A DNA stretch of 64,000 nucleotides from an uncultured Spirochaetota bacterium (GTDB lineage: Bacteria; Spirochaetota; Spirochaetia; SZUA-6; Fen-1364): assembly GCA_963820525.1 (NCBI GenBank), contig CAWGAA010000001.1, positions 1,696,001 through 1,760,000 on the forward strand, in the 5' to 3' direction. A program made the position numbers and the translations under genes. Each line of letters opens with the position of its first letter. The first letter of the stretch is position 1. Of this stretch, positions 20,186-30,082 are shown piece after piece. The notes below the pieces were generated by a model, which was not told the DNA's origin, ran no database searches, and worked only from the letters and a program-made list of their open reading frames with translations.

Positions 20186-22276
20186 TCAGTTGCCGCAGCA
20201 GCCGCCCCCGCCCCGGGAAGCCGGCTTATACGCGGCAACCGTTTTTCTCACCTCACCAAGGTCCACCTTCGTGATATCGTCCACCACCTTCACATAGCCG
20301 TGGAGCATGCCCATCCCGCATTGAAATGTGAAGTCCTGGCTGATTTCGAGGTACGGGGTGGCACGCCTCCCCCCGGCCAGGCTGAGCTGGCCCTGGTACT
20401 CCGGAAACACCACCGTGGAGTTGCACCCGGAGAGCTTCTCCGGCACGAACCTGATCTTCGCCTTCAGCCCGCGCTGCAGGACGAGAACGGCGGGGGTATA
20501 GCCGGCGTCGTTCACGCGGACATCCACCACCTGGCCTTCCTCATCGCGCTGCGCAATGCCGATGGCATCCGTGGGGACCTTGCCGCCTGCGAACGCAGGA
20601 GGCGTCACTCCGCAGCAGCCTCCTGCCAGACCGCCTGAGCCGGTCCCGCCCGGGAACGCCGAGGCGATGCTTCCCTGGCCCGGCTGCTTCGGGTCAGCTG
20701 TCGAGGCTTTCGAGAGATCCGACACGACCGAAATAGTGCTTGAGATCATTCCCATCCAGCAGGTGTAGGTGATGGTTCCCTCCCGCTCGGGGGTGAACTC
20801 GATCAGGTTGTCTCCCGGCACCAGCTGCTTTCGGATTCCATACTGGGGAACTGTGAGGGGATTGTTGCATCCGTTCAGGTCTTCGGCCTTTGCCGTCACG
20901 GTCCAGCGGACGGGGATGCCCTTCTGTACAACCAGAGGGTAGTACCTGCCCGAATCCAACCGGGTAGAAACATTCTGAACGCCATTGCGTATGCTGGCCA
21001 CGGAGACGGAAGAGGAGCCGGCGCGGCCCGGGATGGTCACCCCGACGCCGAAGAGGTTCATTCCGCGCGTGAACATCACAAGGCCGAGCACCGCCACCAG
21101 GACCCCGCTCGCCTTGAGCATTCCCCGATTGAACCGGGCGGAGAGGAAGCTGCTCACGGCGCCGAACCCGAACATCAGCGGAACGGTGCCGAGGCTGAAG
21201 AGGAACATGGAGAGGGCGCCGGCGAGCATGCTCCCCGTGCCCAGGGCATAGACCTGCATCGTCTGCAGGGGTCCGCAGGGCATCAGGCCGTTGGCCAGGC
21301 CGACGAAGAAGGGGCTTCGGCTCGAGCGCGTCCGGTGCAGAGCGACGGAGGCTGACTGCGGCTCTTTGCGCATAGCGCATGAAGCCCCTCCTGGATCGCC
21401 GTCCGCCGCTCCATGACCGGTGGCCGCGCCGGGTCTTCCGCCCCATGGCAGCCGCACGCGCAGCCGTGAAAGCCAGGGAAAAACTCCCAGCATCCGAACG
21501 CCAAGGAACAGCATGAACGCGCCGGCTGCAATCGGCATCACGCCCTTGAGCCGAGAGGAGAGACTGAAAACAGAGCCCAGGGCGCCGGCCGCCGCGCCGA
21601 CGATGGTGTAGGAAATGACACGTCCCCCATTGTAGAGGATGCTGGGGAAGAATCTCGAGGTCCGGAAAATGGCCGCGGGGGCCGCCTGCGAACCTTGGGG
21701 AGGAAGGCCGGACGTTGCGCCTGGCGAGGCCGCGCCTTCCTCCCGAGCGATTGTCTGTGAAAGGTTTATTCCTCCGCACATCGCGATGCAGTGAAGCGAC
21801 GTGAGAAGGCCGACAAGCAGGATGAGCCCGTATCCCATGGATTGGCTTACGGATGGAACAAAGGAGAATCCGACCGTATAGCGGATGATGAAATACAGGG
21901 CGGCAATTATCGCCAGAAGACCGAGGACCTGGGTGATGCTCATTTTCCCCGATCGGCCCCGAGGTTCTTTTGCGGCCGCATCCGGTTTTGCCGCTGCCGG
22001 GCCCTTCACGCGCGAAGCCGGCTGGCCTTCCGGTGCGATCGCCGTATCCGCGTAAGGCTCCCGTACCGAGTAACCGACGCCCCGAATGGCGTCATGGATG
22101 CGCTCCAGGGAGATCAGTCGCGGGTCAAAGGAAACGATGACCTCGGCCAGGGGCGCGCTGGCCCTTGCCTTCCCGACTCCCGTCATGCGCTCCAGCGCGG
22201 ACTCGATCCTCCTTTCGCAGCTCGAGCAGCTCATCCCATCCACGGCAATCTTGGCTGTTTCCAGCATCCCAGACAT
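20186..22276 (-). CDS. HMA + DsbD_2/TauE + two cupredoxin-like domain protein
   Basis: GMSCSSC; HCIAMCGG and MPCGPLQ; GCNN...YTCWMGM and GCN...FQCGMGM; GGCC motifs. Confidence 0.9.
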   Translation of the reverse strand: MSGMLETAKIAVDGMSCSSCERRIESALERMTGVGKARASAPLAEVIVSFDPRLISLERIHDAIRGVGYSVREPYADTAIAPEGQPASRVKGPAAAKPDAAAKEPRGRSGKMSITQVLGLLAIIAALYFIIRYTVGFSFVPSVSQSMGYGLILLVGLLTSLHCIAMCGGINLSQTIAREEGAASPGATSGLPPQGSQAAPAAIFRTSRFFPSILYNGGRVISYTIVGAAAGALGSVFSLSSRLKGVMPIAAGAFMLFLGVRMLGVFPWLSRLRVRLPWGGRPGAATGHGAADGDPGGASCAMRKEPQSASVALHRTRSSRSPFFVGLANGLMPCGPLQTMQVYALGTGSMLAGALSMFLFSLGTVPLMFGFGAVSSFLSARFNRGMLKASGVLVAVLGLVMFTRGMNLFGVGVTIPGRAGSSSVSVASIRNGVQNVSTRLDSGRYYPLVVQKGIPVRWTVTAKAEDLNGCNNPLTVPQYGIRKQLVPGDNLIEFTPEREGTITYTCWMGMISSTISVVSDLSKASTADPKQPGQGSIASAFPGGTGSGGLAGGCCGVTPPAFAGGKVPTDAIGIAQRDEEGQVVDVRVNDAGYTPAVLVLQRGLKAKIRFVPEKLSGCNSTVVFPEYQGQLSLAGGRRATPYLEISQDFTFQCGMGMLHGYVKVVDDITKVDLGEVRKTVAAYKPASRGGGGCCGN

Positions 22277-22309
22277 GAAGCCTCCCTCCGATATTTGCGT
22301 GAGGACGGC

Positions 22310-22795
22310 TCACAGAGTACCTCCAGCCCATGAAGAAAGTGTGAAGAAAGACCTTTTTACATGCACCGAAAGCCAATCCCGCGCGGAGGGCGGCTCAAGG
22401 TTCCGCCTGATATCGATCCTGAGAACGAGAGCGGCAGCGAGCACGGTTGCCGCTGCCTGCGGGAGGATTATCTCGAGGGTAGCGGGAAGATCGCCTTGCG
22501 CCGCTTTCACGAAGATCTCAACCGAGGCATAGAGGGCAAACCCTGCCACGAACTGGGAAGCGACATATCCATATCTTCGGAGCCTCCACAGTCCCACGGA
22601 CGCCAAGATGCAGGCAGGGGCATTTACGAAGATGTCGGCAACGGGGAAGCTCAAGTCCGCGCCTTTGGGGAACGACAGGATGAAGCCTTGACCCCAGAGG
22701 AAGAGCGAGCCGAAGAGGGCGAAAAAACCGAAAAGAAAGAGAATGATCGAGAGAACCCTGACATGAAGTGGTGCTTTTATCCGCGAGTTCGCCAT
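22310..22795 (-). CDS. Small 4-TM membrane protein (3' end possibly aberrant)
   Basis: Four hydrophobic segments; RBS GAGGAGG; the tail runs over the putative promoter of the next gene. Confidence 0.6.
   Translation of the reverse strand: MANSRIKAPLHVRVLSIILFLFGFFALFGSLFLWGQGFILSFPKGADLSFPVADIFVNAPACILASVGLWRLRRYGYVASQFVAGFALYASVEIFVKAAQGDLPATLEIILPQAAATVLAAALVLRIDIRRNLEPPSARDWLSVHVKRSFFTLSSWAGGTL
22331..22347 (-). promoter_or_regulatory. Putative OmpR-family direct-repeat site TCTTCA-N5-TCTTCA
   Basis: Minus strand TCTTCA-CACTT-TCTTCA, followed after 11 bp by -10-like TACTCT, upstream of 22276. Confidence 0.55.
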
Positions 22796-22805
22796 GATGC
22801 CCTCC

Positions 22806-23174
22806 TCAATCTCCCGTGGGATTCACCGTCGCGCCTTCGATCATCAACAGGACCGTACGCTCAGGCGCCCGGGTGCGGTGCCTGACGCCCCTCGGCACGG
22901 TGATGCCTTGCTGGGGGGCAAGCTCCACGGTCCGGCCTTCGAGATCCACGAACAGACGGCCTTCCACGACAAAGAAGAACTCATCCTCCCTGTCATGCTT
23001 GTGCCAGTGAAAATCTCCCTTGATGACTCCGAGACGCACAACACAGTCGTTCACCCTGCTCAACGACTGGTTGTACCAGGGCTGCCGGGACTCTTGAAGG
23101 TTGCGCACGTCGATCAGCTCTAATGGACCGAACATCGGATCGTTATTGATCGAGTATTTCTGTTCTTGAGCCAT
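22806..23174 (-). CDS. Cupin-domain protein
   Basis: FHWHKH..EDEFF.V.EG...VPRGVRH. Confidence 0.9.
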   Translation of the reverse strand: MAQEQKYSINNDPMFGPLELIDVRNLQESRQPWYNQSLSRVNDCVVRLGVIKGDFHWHKHDREDEFFFVVEGRLFVDLEGRTVELAPQQGITVPRGVRHRTRAPERTVLLMIEGATVNPTGD

Positions 23175-23243
23175 CTGTCACCCCCTAGAATAATAGAGAG
23201 AATAACACCCTGCCCAATCGTTGAACAAGCATTGCCCGGGTCG

Positions 23244-23260
23244 TCTTCATAGAATCTTCA
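23244..23260 (+). promoter_or_regulatory. Second TCTTCA-N5-TCTTCA direct repeat
   Basis: TCTTCA-TAGAA-TCTTCA, ending 23 bp before the DUF2318 ATG. Confidence 0.55.
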
Positions 23261-23283
23261 CGACGTTGTGCAAGGTTTCTGGA

Positions 23284-23745
23284 ATGAAAAGCTGGAAGAC
23301 ATTCGCAATCGCCTTTGCTTTATCGGGGCTGATCTCGGTACAAGCCTCATTCGCGGGCGGCGCCTCACTCACACCCGCCGGAGATCTCAAGATCTCCAAG
23401 GCCGAGATCACCGCCAAGGCGAAGTTCTACTCTTTTAAGTCGGGAAAAATCACCATGGAAGTCCTCGCGCTCCGCGCTCCTGACGGAACCGTCCGAACGG
23501 CGTTCAACACGTGCCAGGTCTGCTATTCCTCGGGGAGGGGCTACTATGTCCAGGAGGGGGATGTGCTGGTCTGCCAAAACTGCGGAAACCGCTTCAAGGC
23601 AAGCCAGGTGGAGCTGATCAAGGGAGGCTGCAATCCCGTCCCCATCACCAAGGATCTGAAGACTGAGGACGCAAACTCCATCGTGATTTCCAAGGACCTG
23701 ATGGAAAAGGCGGCGTTTCTCTTCGCCAATTGGAAGAAGAGGTAG
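23284..23745 (+). CDS. Exported DUF2318-type Cys-rich (Fe-S/metal-binding) protein
   Basis: Signal peptide; FNTCQVC...GYY...LVCQNCG...GGCNPVP. Confidence 0.85.
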   Translation: MKSWKTFAIAFALSGLISVQASFAGGASLTPAGDLKISKAEITAKAKFYSFKSGKITMEVLALRAPDGTVRTAFNTCQVCYSSGRGYYVQEGDVLVCQNCGNRFKASQVELIKGGCNPVPITKDLKTEDANSIVISKDLMEKAAFLFANWKKR

Positions 23746-23814
23746 CGGCGGAGGTCCCCGCGGCGGGACGCGAGATGCGTAACCTCAAAGGCCTACGCGG
23801 CGAGCCGACCCGCC

Positions 23815-24719
23815 TCATGACATCTCGAGCATCCGGTTTATCGCTCCAAGCGCTCTTTTTCTGAGGGACTCATCCACGCGCACCGCATGGTCCTCGCGCT
23901 CCAGCACGTCGAGGAGCTTCCGCGGCGTCGCCTTCTTCATGTTGGGGCATACGGCGAGCTTCGTCACGGGGGAGAAGGTCTTGCCGGGATTGTCGTTGCC
24001 GAGGCGATAGAGTAGCCCGTTCTCCGAGGCGACGATGAACTCCCTAGCCTTGGACTCGGCGGCATAGGACTGGATCTGCCCCGTGGAGCCGATGAAGTCG
24101 GCGAACGCCAGAACGTCGGGGGTGCACTCGGGGTGCGCCAGGACCAGGGCTTCGGGATGCGCGGCCTTGGCCTCGCTCACCTGTTCCGCGATCATCCTGT
24201 GATGGGTGGGGCAGTATCCCGGCCAGAGGATGAGCTCCTTCTCCGGGCCTGGGACCCCACGTACGCGCCCAGCGAGCGGTCCGGGATGAAGATGATCTTC
24301 CCCGCGGGAAGGCGGCGGACGATCTTCACGGCGTTTGAAGAGGTGACGCACACGTCGGACTCGGCCTTTACTTCCACCGTGGAGTTCACGTAGCAGACAA
24401 CCATGGCGCCCGGATGCTCGGCGCGAAGGGCGCGGACATCGGCTGCGCTCACCATGGAGGCCATTGGGCAGCCGGCATCCGGGTCAGGTACAAGAACTTT
24501 CTTGCGCGGAGAAAGGATCGCTGCTGTCTCAGCCATGAAACGCACGCCGCAGAACACGATGATGCGGCAGCCTGAGCCGAGCGCCGCCGCCTTCTGGCTC
24601 AGGCCGAGGGAGTCGCCCACGTAGTCCGCGATATCCTGCACAGCGGGAAGCGTGTAGACATGGGCGAGTATCACCGCCTGCTTCTCGCGGCGAAGCTCAT
24701 CGATTCGTTCATGGATCAC
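23815..24719 (-). pseudogene. nadA: Quinolinate synthase, 1-nt frameshift near 24247
   Basis: AVILAHxY, GDS, FCGVRFMAE, GCPMA, YVNS in one frame; WPGYCPTH, AHPEC, GST, CPNMK in the next; GTG start overlaps the upstream stop. Confidence 0.9.
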
Positions 24720-25909
24720 AGGGCCCTCGTCCTTTCCACGGCACGCGGAAGCTTTTCCAGCAGGAAGTCCACGTCGGATTCCGTCGTGTCTCTTCCCATG
24801 CTGATCCTGATTGCAGCCCGCGCCTGCTCGGGGCGAAGGCCAATGGCCGGGAGCACGGCCGACGGCTCCCCCGTCCTCGATTCGCACGCCGAGCCTGTCG
24901 ACACCTGGATCCCTTCCCGGTCCAGGCGAAGCGCAAGCCCCTCCCCTTCGAGCCCGGCGAAGGACACGTTTACCGTCCCCGCCAGGCAATCCGTCGGGTG
25001 TCCGTTGAAGCTCGCTCCCGGTATTTTCTCTAAAATGCCTTCACGGAGCTTCTTCGATAGCGAGCGCAGGCGGGCCTGGCTTGGCCCCATCTCCTCGGCT
25101 GCCGCCTCCAATGCGGCGGCGAATCCGACGATGCCAACGGTATTGAGGGTGCCGGCGCGGCGGCCCTCCTCCTGCTCTCCTCCGGGCACGAAGGAAAGGA
25201 ACGCGGAGCCCTCCCGGATGTAGAGCGCTCCCACTCCCTTGGGTCCATAGATCTTATGGGCCGAGATGCTGGCGAAATCCACGCCGAGCCTCGCCAGATC
25301 CTGGGGGATCTTCCCCGCGGCCTGCACGGCATCGGTATGAACGAGCGCGCACCGCTCATGGGCCAGCCGGCATATCTCCTGGACATCCTGGATGGTCCCG
25401 ATCTCATTGTTGGCGGCCATGACGGAAACGAGCAGAGTGGGCTTTGCCAGCGCATCCTCGAGGTCGCTCATCTCGAGCTTCCCCGAGCGGTCCACGCGGA
25501 TGAAGCGCGCGGGAAAGCCGAGCCTGCAGAGCCTGAGCGCGGCCTCCCGCACGCTGGGGTGTTCTACCGCGCTCACGAGAACCTGGGCGCGCCCGTCTTT
25601 GGCTCCCTGGCCGCCTTCGCCTCTGCGGACGCCGCGTCCCCTTTCTTCCAGGCGCCGAAGCAGAATGGAGTTGAACACGGCCGCGTTCGATTCGCTTCCA
25701 CCGCTCGTGAACACGATCTCCCCCGCGGCCGCTCCGAAGAAGGATGCGACCCTCTCCCTGGCCTCCTCCACAGCCTCCGACGCGGCCTGTCCTGCGCTGT
25801 GGATGCTCGCCGGATTCGCGAAGAGCGCGGCGCATGAGTCCATGGCTTCTCTTACGCGCGGGTGAAGCGGGGTTGTGGCATTGTAGTCGAGGTAGACGGT
25901 CCGGCTCAT
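24716..25909 (-). CDS. Cysteine desulfurase (IscS/NifS group I)
   Basis: YLDYNATTP, TSGGSES, HTDAVQ, SAHKIYGPKG, STGSAC. Confidence 0.93.
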   Translation of the reverse strand: MSRTVYLDYNATTPLHPRVREAMDSCAALFANPASIHSAGQAASEAVEEARERVASFFGAAAGEIVFTSGGSESNAAVFNSILLRRLEERGRGVRRGEGGQGAKDGRAQVLVSAVEHPSVREAALRLCRLGFPARFIRVDRSGKLEMSDLEDALAKPTLLVSVMAANNEIGTIQDVQEICRLAHERCALVHTDAVQAAGKIPQDLARLGVDFASISAHKIYGPKGVGALYIREGSAFLSFVPGGEQEEGRRAGTLNTVGIVGFAAALEAAAEEMGPSQARLRSLSKKLREGILEKIPGASFNGHPTDCLAGTVNVSFAGLEGEGLALRLDREGIQVSTGSACESRTGEPSAVLPAIGLRPEQARAAIRISMGRDTTESDVDFLLEKLPRAVERTRAL

Positions 25910-25910
25910 C

Positions 25911-27005
25911 CTACCAGCTCCGCTCGATCACCCCGCCCCCGAGGAGGAGATCGCCGTGGTAAAACACGGCCCACTGGCCGGCGGCGATGGATTTCTGCGG
26001 CTCGTCGAAGAGCACGATCGCCGAGCCGTCTCCCTGTGGGGTCACCAGGGCAGGTGCTTCCCGATGCTGATAGCGGATGCGCACGGCCGCGCGCAGCGGC
26101 TCATCGGCGACGGCCACGCTCGCCCAGTTGATCCGCGAGGCGAGGAGGTTTCTCCTGGAGAGCTCTCCGGCGGGACCGGCGAATACCGTGTTCGACTCCT
26201 TGTCGATAGCCGTGACATAAAGCGGCTCTCCGCCCCCGATGCCCAGCCCCCGCCTCTGGCCCACCGTATAGCCCCCTATCCCCCTGTGGCTGCCCAGGAC
26301 CTTCCCCTGGGAATCCTTGATCGGTCCCTCCGCCGCTGCGCCCACCGCATCCTGTCCCAGCATGTCACGGTAATCCCCGGAGGCGAAGTTCTGGCTGTCC
26401 GGCTTGTCGTGGGTGCAAAGGCCCCTCTCCCGCGCGATGCGCCGGACCTCGCTCTTGGAAAGCCCGCCCAGGGGAAACCATGCCCGACGGAGCTGGTCCT
26501 GGGAGAGCATGCAGAGAAAGTAGGATTGGTCCTTCGCGGGGTCAGACGCTTTGCGCAGGGTGTACCGCCCCAGCCGCTCGTCGAACGATATCTTCGCGTA
26601 ATGACCGGTGGCGAACAGGTCGAACTCCGTGCCGGACCGCCCCGCGAGCTTTTCGACGAGCATGCCGAACTTGACGAGCTGGTTGCAGCGGATGCAGGGG
26701 TTGGGGGTCCTGCCGGAGAGGTACTCGTCCCTGAAGTACGTGAGCACATGGCGGCTGTACTCTTCCCTCAGGTCCACGACGCGATGGGGAATGCCGAGTG
26801 CGGCGCACACGGCGCGGGCATCCTCCACGTCCTTCTCCTCGTCGGGACCGTAGCAGGCGTTTGAGGCCGCGTCTTTGTCCAGGCCTCCCCCGTAGATGGT
26901 CATGGTCACGCCCTCAACCTTGTGCCCCGCCTCGATTGCCAAAAGCGCGGCCACGGATGAATCGACACCGCCGCTCATCCCCACCGCGACTCGTCTCGGC
27001 GCCAC
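25911..27005 (-). CDS. mnmA: tRNA 2-thiouridine(34) synthase
   Basis: MSGGVDSS, TPNPCIRCN, ATGHY, KDQSYFL, YTVGQRRGLG, GQWAVFY. Confidence 0.93.
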   Translation of the reverse strand: MAPRRVAVGMSGGVDSSVAALLAIEAGHKVEGVTMTIYGGGLDKDAASNACYGPDEEKDVEDARAVCAALGIPHRVVDLREEYSRHVLTYFRDEYLSGRTPNPCIRCNQLVKFGMLVEKLAGRSGTEFDLFATGHYAKISFDERLGRYTLRKASDPAKDQSYFLCMLSQDQLRRAWFPLGGLSKSEVRRIARERGLCTHDKPDSQNFASGDYRDMLGQDAVGAAAEGPIKDSQGKVLGSHRGIGGYTVGQRRGLGIGGGEPLYVTAIDKESNTVFAGPAGELSRRNLLASRINWASVAVADEPLRAAVRIRYQHREAPALVTPQGDGSAIVLFDEPQKSIAAGQWAVFYHGDLLLGGGVIERSW

Positions 27006-27015
27006 GATGCTCCCC

Positions 27016-29106
27016 CTACCTCATCGCCCGCGCGGCATTGAGGACCGCGATCAGGGTGACCCCCATGTCCGCAATGACCGCTTCCCACATGCTGGCGAGG
27101 CCGGCTCCGCCCAAAAGCAGAAAGACCGCCTTCACCCCCAGGGCGAAGGCTATATTCTGGATGACGATACGCCGCGTACGCCGGGCGCGCCGGATCGCTT
27201 CCGCGACCCTCGATGGGCTGTCCGTCATGAGGACCACGTCCGCCGTTTCCACCGCGGCGTCGGATCCTGACTGCCCCATCGCGATCCCCACGTCGGACCG
27301 CGCCAGGACCGGCGCGTCGTTGATTCCATCCCCGACAAACGCCGTCTTTCCCCTTCCGGCGTCCGCCATTATCCGCTCGAGGTGCGCCACCTTGTCCGCG
27401 GGAAGGAGCCCTCCATAGTATTCGCCGATGCCCAGCCCGCCGGCCACGAGAGCCGCCACCTCGTGCGAGTCTCCCGTGAGAAGCGCCACGCGGCGGACCC
27501 CGAGACCCCGGAGGTCCCGAACGGCGTTTCGCGCATCCTCCTTCAATTCGTCTCCGATGGCAAGATACCCCGCGTAGGCGCCGTCCACCGCGACGTGAAC
27601 GGCCGTCCCGCCGATGTCGCATCTCGCGTGATCGATGCCTTCGCGGTGCATCAGCCGGTCGTTTCCCACGAGCACGTTCCGCCCATCCACCCTGGCCGCC
27701 ACTCCGTACCCGCCGATCTCCCGCGCGTTCTCCACGGTGGACTCGTCCACCGCGACGCCATGCGCTTTGCGGATCGACTCGGCAATGGGATGGTTGGAAT
27801 GCGCCTCCGCAGATGCCGCCAGCCGCAAAAGCTCGGATGAGCCCGCGCCGTCCGAGGGCTGAACGTCGGTGACGCGGAAAACGCCCTTGGTGAGAGTTCC
27901 CGTCTTGTCGAAGACGACGGTCCTCGCCGATGCCAGGGCATCGAAGTGCCGCGCACCCTTGACGAGGATCCCATGGCGCGAAGCGCCGCCCAAACCGCCG
28001 AAGTAGCCCAGGGGGATGCTCACCACCAGAGCGCAGGGACAGGAGATGACGAGCATCGTGAGGGCCCGGTATATCCAGACATCGAACGAGGCCCCGGCGA
28101 AGAGAAGCGGCGGAAGAAAAGCCAGCAGGGCGGCTGCCGCCACCACGATCGGCGTGTACACGCGGGCGAATCGCGTGATGAAGAGCTCCGTCCTGGCCTT
28201 GGCGTGGGTCGCCCCCTCGACGAGCTGGATGATCTTGGCGGCCCCGGACTCCCCCGCCGTCCTGGTCACCCGCACCGTGAGCGAACCGTCGGTGTTGATA
28301 TAGCCCGCCAGCACCTGCCCGCCCTGCTCCACCCTGCGCGGCACCGCCTCCCCTGTCATGGCGGAGGTATCCACGAAGCCTGAGCCAGAGATCACGGTGC
28401 CGTCCAGGGGAACGCGCTCGCCCGGCCTGACGGAGACTTCCTCTCCAACCGCCACCTCCTCGGGCTTCACGTCCACCAAGCCGCCGGCCCTCCTCACCCG
28501 CGCCGAATCGGGCCGAAGCTCGAGCAGCTTCCTGATCGAAGAGCGGCTTCTCTCAACCGCAAGCTCCTGTAATATCTCCCCGATTTTATAGAAGATCATG
28601 ACGCCCGCAGCTTCGCTCACGGCGTGGATGGCGAAGGCTCCGCCCGTTGCAACGGTCATGAGGAAGTGCTCGTTGAAGACCCGACCGCGGATGATGCTTC
28701 GAGCGGCCGAGGCGAGCACGTTCCACCCGGCGAGGAGGTACGCGCCCCCGAACACGATGTACTCCAGCCAGGCGTAGCCGCTCCGGTGCACAAGGCCCTC
28801 CGTGAGGAGCCCCGCGGCGAAGAGAACGAGCCCCGCCGCGAGGATGGCGAGCTCGCGGATAAGCTGGAAGGGCTTTTCCACTTCATGGTCAGCATCGTCA
28901 TGCACGGTCTCTTTCACGACGCGCACCGCGGGCTCGAGCGAGCCGATCTTTCGCACGACATTTCCCATGTCCTCGGCGTCGATTCGCATCGAAAGGGTGG
29001 CGAAATCCACAGAAACGCAGCGGACGCCCGGGCAGGCACGCACCCCGCTTTCGATCTTCCGCGCGCAGTCGGCGCAATCCAGGTTTTCAAGCTTGTAGAT
29101 TTCCAT
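27016..29106 (-). CDS. cadA: Zn/Cd/Pb-translocating P1B ATPase (CadA/ZntA)
   Basis: LDCADC HMA, TGEA, SCPC, DKTGT, GDGINDAP, conserved K and WEAVIADMG. Confidence 0.92.
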   Translation of the reverse strand: MEIYKLENLDCADCARKIESGVRACPGVRCVSVDFATLSMRIDAEDMGNVVRKIGSLEPAVRVVKETVHDDADHEVEKPFQLIRELAILAAGLVLFAAGLLTEGLVHRSGYAWLEYIVFGGAYLLAGWNVLASAARSIIRGRVFNEHFLMTVATGGAFAIHAVSEAAGVMIFYKIGEILQELAVERSRSSIRKLLELRPDSARVRRAGGLVDVKPEEVAVGEEVSVRPGERVPLDGTVISGSGFVDTSAMTGEAVPRRVEQGGQVLAGYINTDGSLTVRVTRTAGESGAAKIIQLVEGATHAKARTELFITRFARVYTPIVVAAAALLAFLPPLLFAGASFDVWIYRALTMLVISCPCALVVSIPLGYFGGLGGASRHGILVKGARHFDALASARTVVFDKTGTLTKGVFRVTDVQPSDGAGSSELLRLAASAEAHSNHPIAESIRKAHGVAVDESTVENAREIGGYGVAARVDGRNVLVGNDRLMHREGIDHARCDIGGTAVHVAVDGAYAGYLAIGDELKEDARNAVRDLRGLGVRRVALLTGDSHEVAALVAGGLGIGEYYGGLLPADKVAHLERIMADAGRGKTAFVGDGINDAPVLARSDVGIAMGQSGSDAAVETADVVLMTDSPSRVAEAIRRARRTRRIVIQNIAFALGVKAVFLLLGGAGLASMWEAVIADMGVTLIAVLNAARAMR

Positions 29107-29119
29107 GTCTCGTCTCCGC

Positions 29120-29467
29120 TCACTCGGCGAGGTGCACCCGCATCGACTCCAGGAGGTCCCTCACGTGATCGTCGCTCAAGGAATAGTAGACGACCTTTCC
29201 GTCCCGTCGGTGGCTCACCAGGCGGCCCTGCTTCAGCACGGCCAGCTGATGGCTCACGGCGGAGACGCTCATCGACAGAACGACGCTCAGGTCGCAGACG
29301 CACAACTCCTCACGCGAGAGGGCGTGCAGGATCTTCAGGCGCGTCTGATCTCCCAGGACCTTGAAGAACTCGCCCATCTCGGCAAGCTCGTGAGGCTCCG
29401 GCATCCCTCCCCGGGCATCCTCGACGGCCCGGGGGTGGATGACGCGTTCGCTGCAGGAAGCGGTCAT
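29120..29467 (-). CDS. ArsR/SmtB-family metalloregulator
   Basis: FFKVLGDQTRLKI...ELCVCDL...SAVSHQL...LSDDHV...HLAE (alpha3N and alpha5 ligands); ATG 29467 with RBS GAAGGAG. Confidence 0.93.
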   Translation of the reverse strand: MTASCSERVIHPRAVEDARGGMPEPHELAEMGEFFKVLGDQTRLKILHALSREELCVCDLSVVLSMSVSAVSHQLAVLKQGRLVSHRRDGKVVYYSLSDDHVRDLLESMRVHLAE

Positions 29468-29482
29468 ACGATCTCCTTCAAT

Positions 29483-29504
29483 CACTTGAACAAACGTTCA
29501 AGTG
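29483..29504. promoter_or_regulatory. SmtB/CadC-type operator
   Basis: CACTTGAAC-AAAC-GTTCAAGTG (TGAA-N6-TTCA core) between a minus-strand TTGACG / TGcTATTTT promoter and the RBS. Confidence 0.85.
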
Positions 29505-29604
29505 TAAAATAGCAGGAATGAAGCGGTCGCGTCAAGTGTGGCCATAGAGCGCCCTTTCCTCGCAAAGGGTGCAGCCGGATCGCCGCCGAGCCGCGCCTAT
29601 GCTT

Positions 29605-30065
29605 TCAGCGCACAGACTCCAGCGTGTCCCTCTGCGGATCGAAACGGATGAACCGCTTGAACGAGGGCAGGAAGATCAAGGGGAACGCGCAAATCATGGC
29701 GATGATGAAGCTGGCGCTGATGATGATCCCGGCGGCAAACACCATCCAGACCTGAAGCGTTCCCAGCAGTGCCTCAACGGCAACCAGGACCACGGCGAGG
29801 CCCCGGATGACGTCCATCCAGATGAGAAGCAGCCGGCGGTCGCTCCTGTCGACAACCACCCCCGCCATGGGAGACACGGCGACTCGCGGGAGCGTCGACG
29901 CGGCCATGAGCCCGCCCATGAGAGCCGTGGATCCCGTTACGGCGAGAACCCAGAATCCCAGCGCGATCCCGTAGACACATCCCCCAGGATGGACACCAGC
30001 TGCCCCTGCCACAGGAGGAAGAAGGTGAGCGTCCAGACTTTTTCGGGCTTCCCTTTCGTTTCCAT
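29605..30065 (-). pseudogene. MFS transporter remnant (frameshift + large internal deletion)
   Basis: FFLLWQGQLVSILGD, then a frameshift to YGIALGFWVL...AGVVVDRSDRR (motif A), then a jump to a C-terminal-like segment; only ~150 codons. Confidence 0.8.
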
Positions 30066-30082
30066 GGCGGCCGCTTTTTCGC

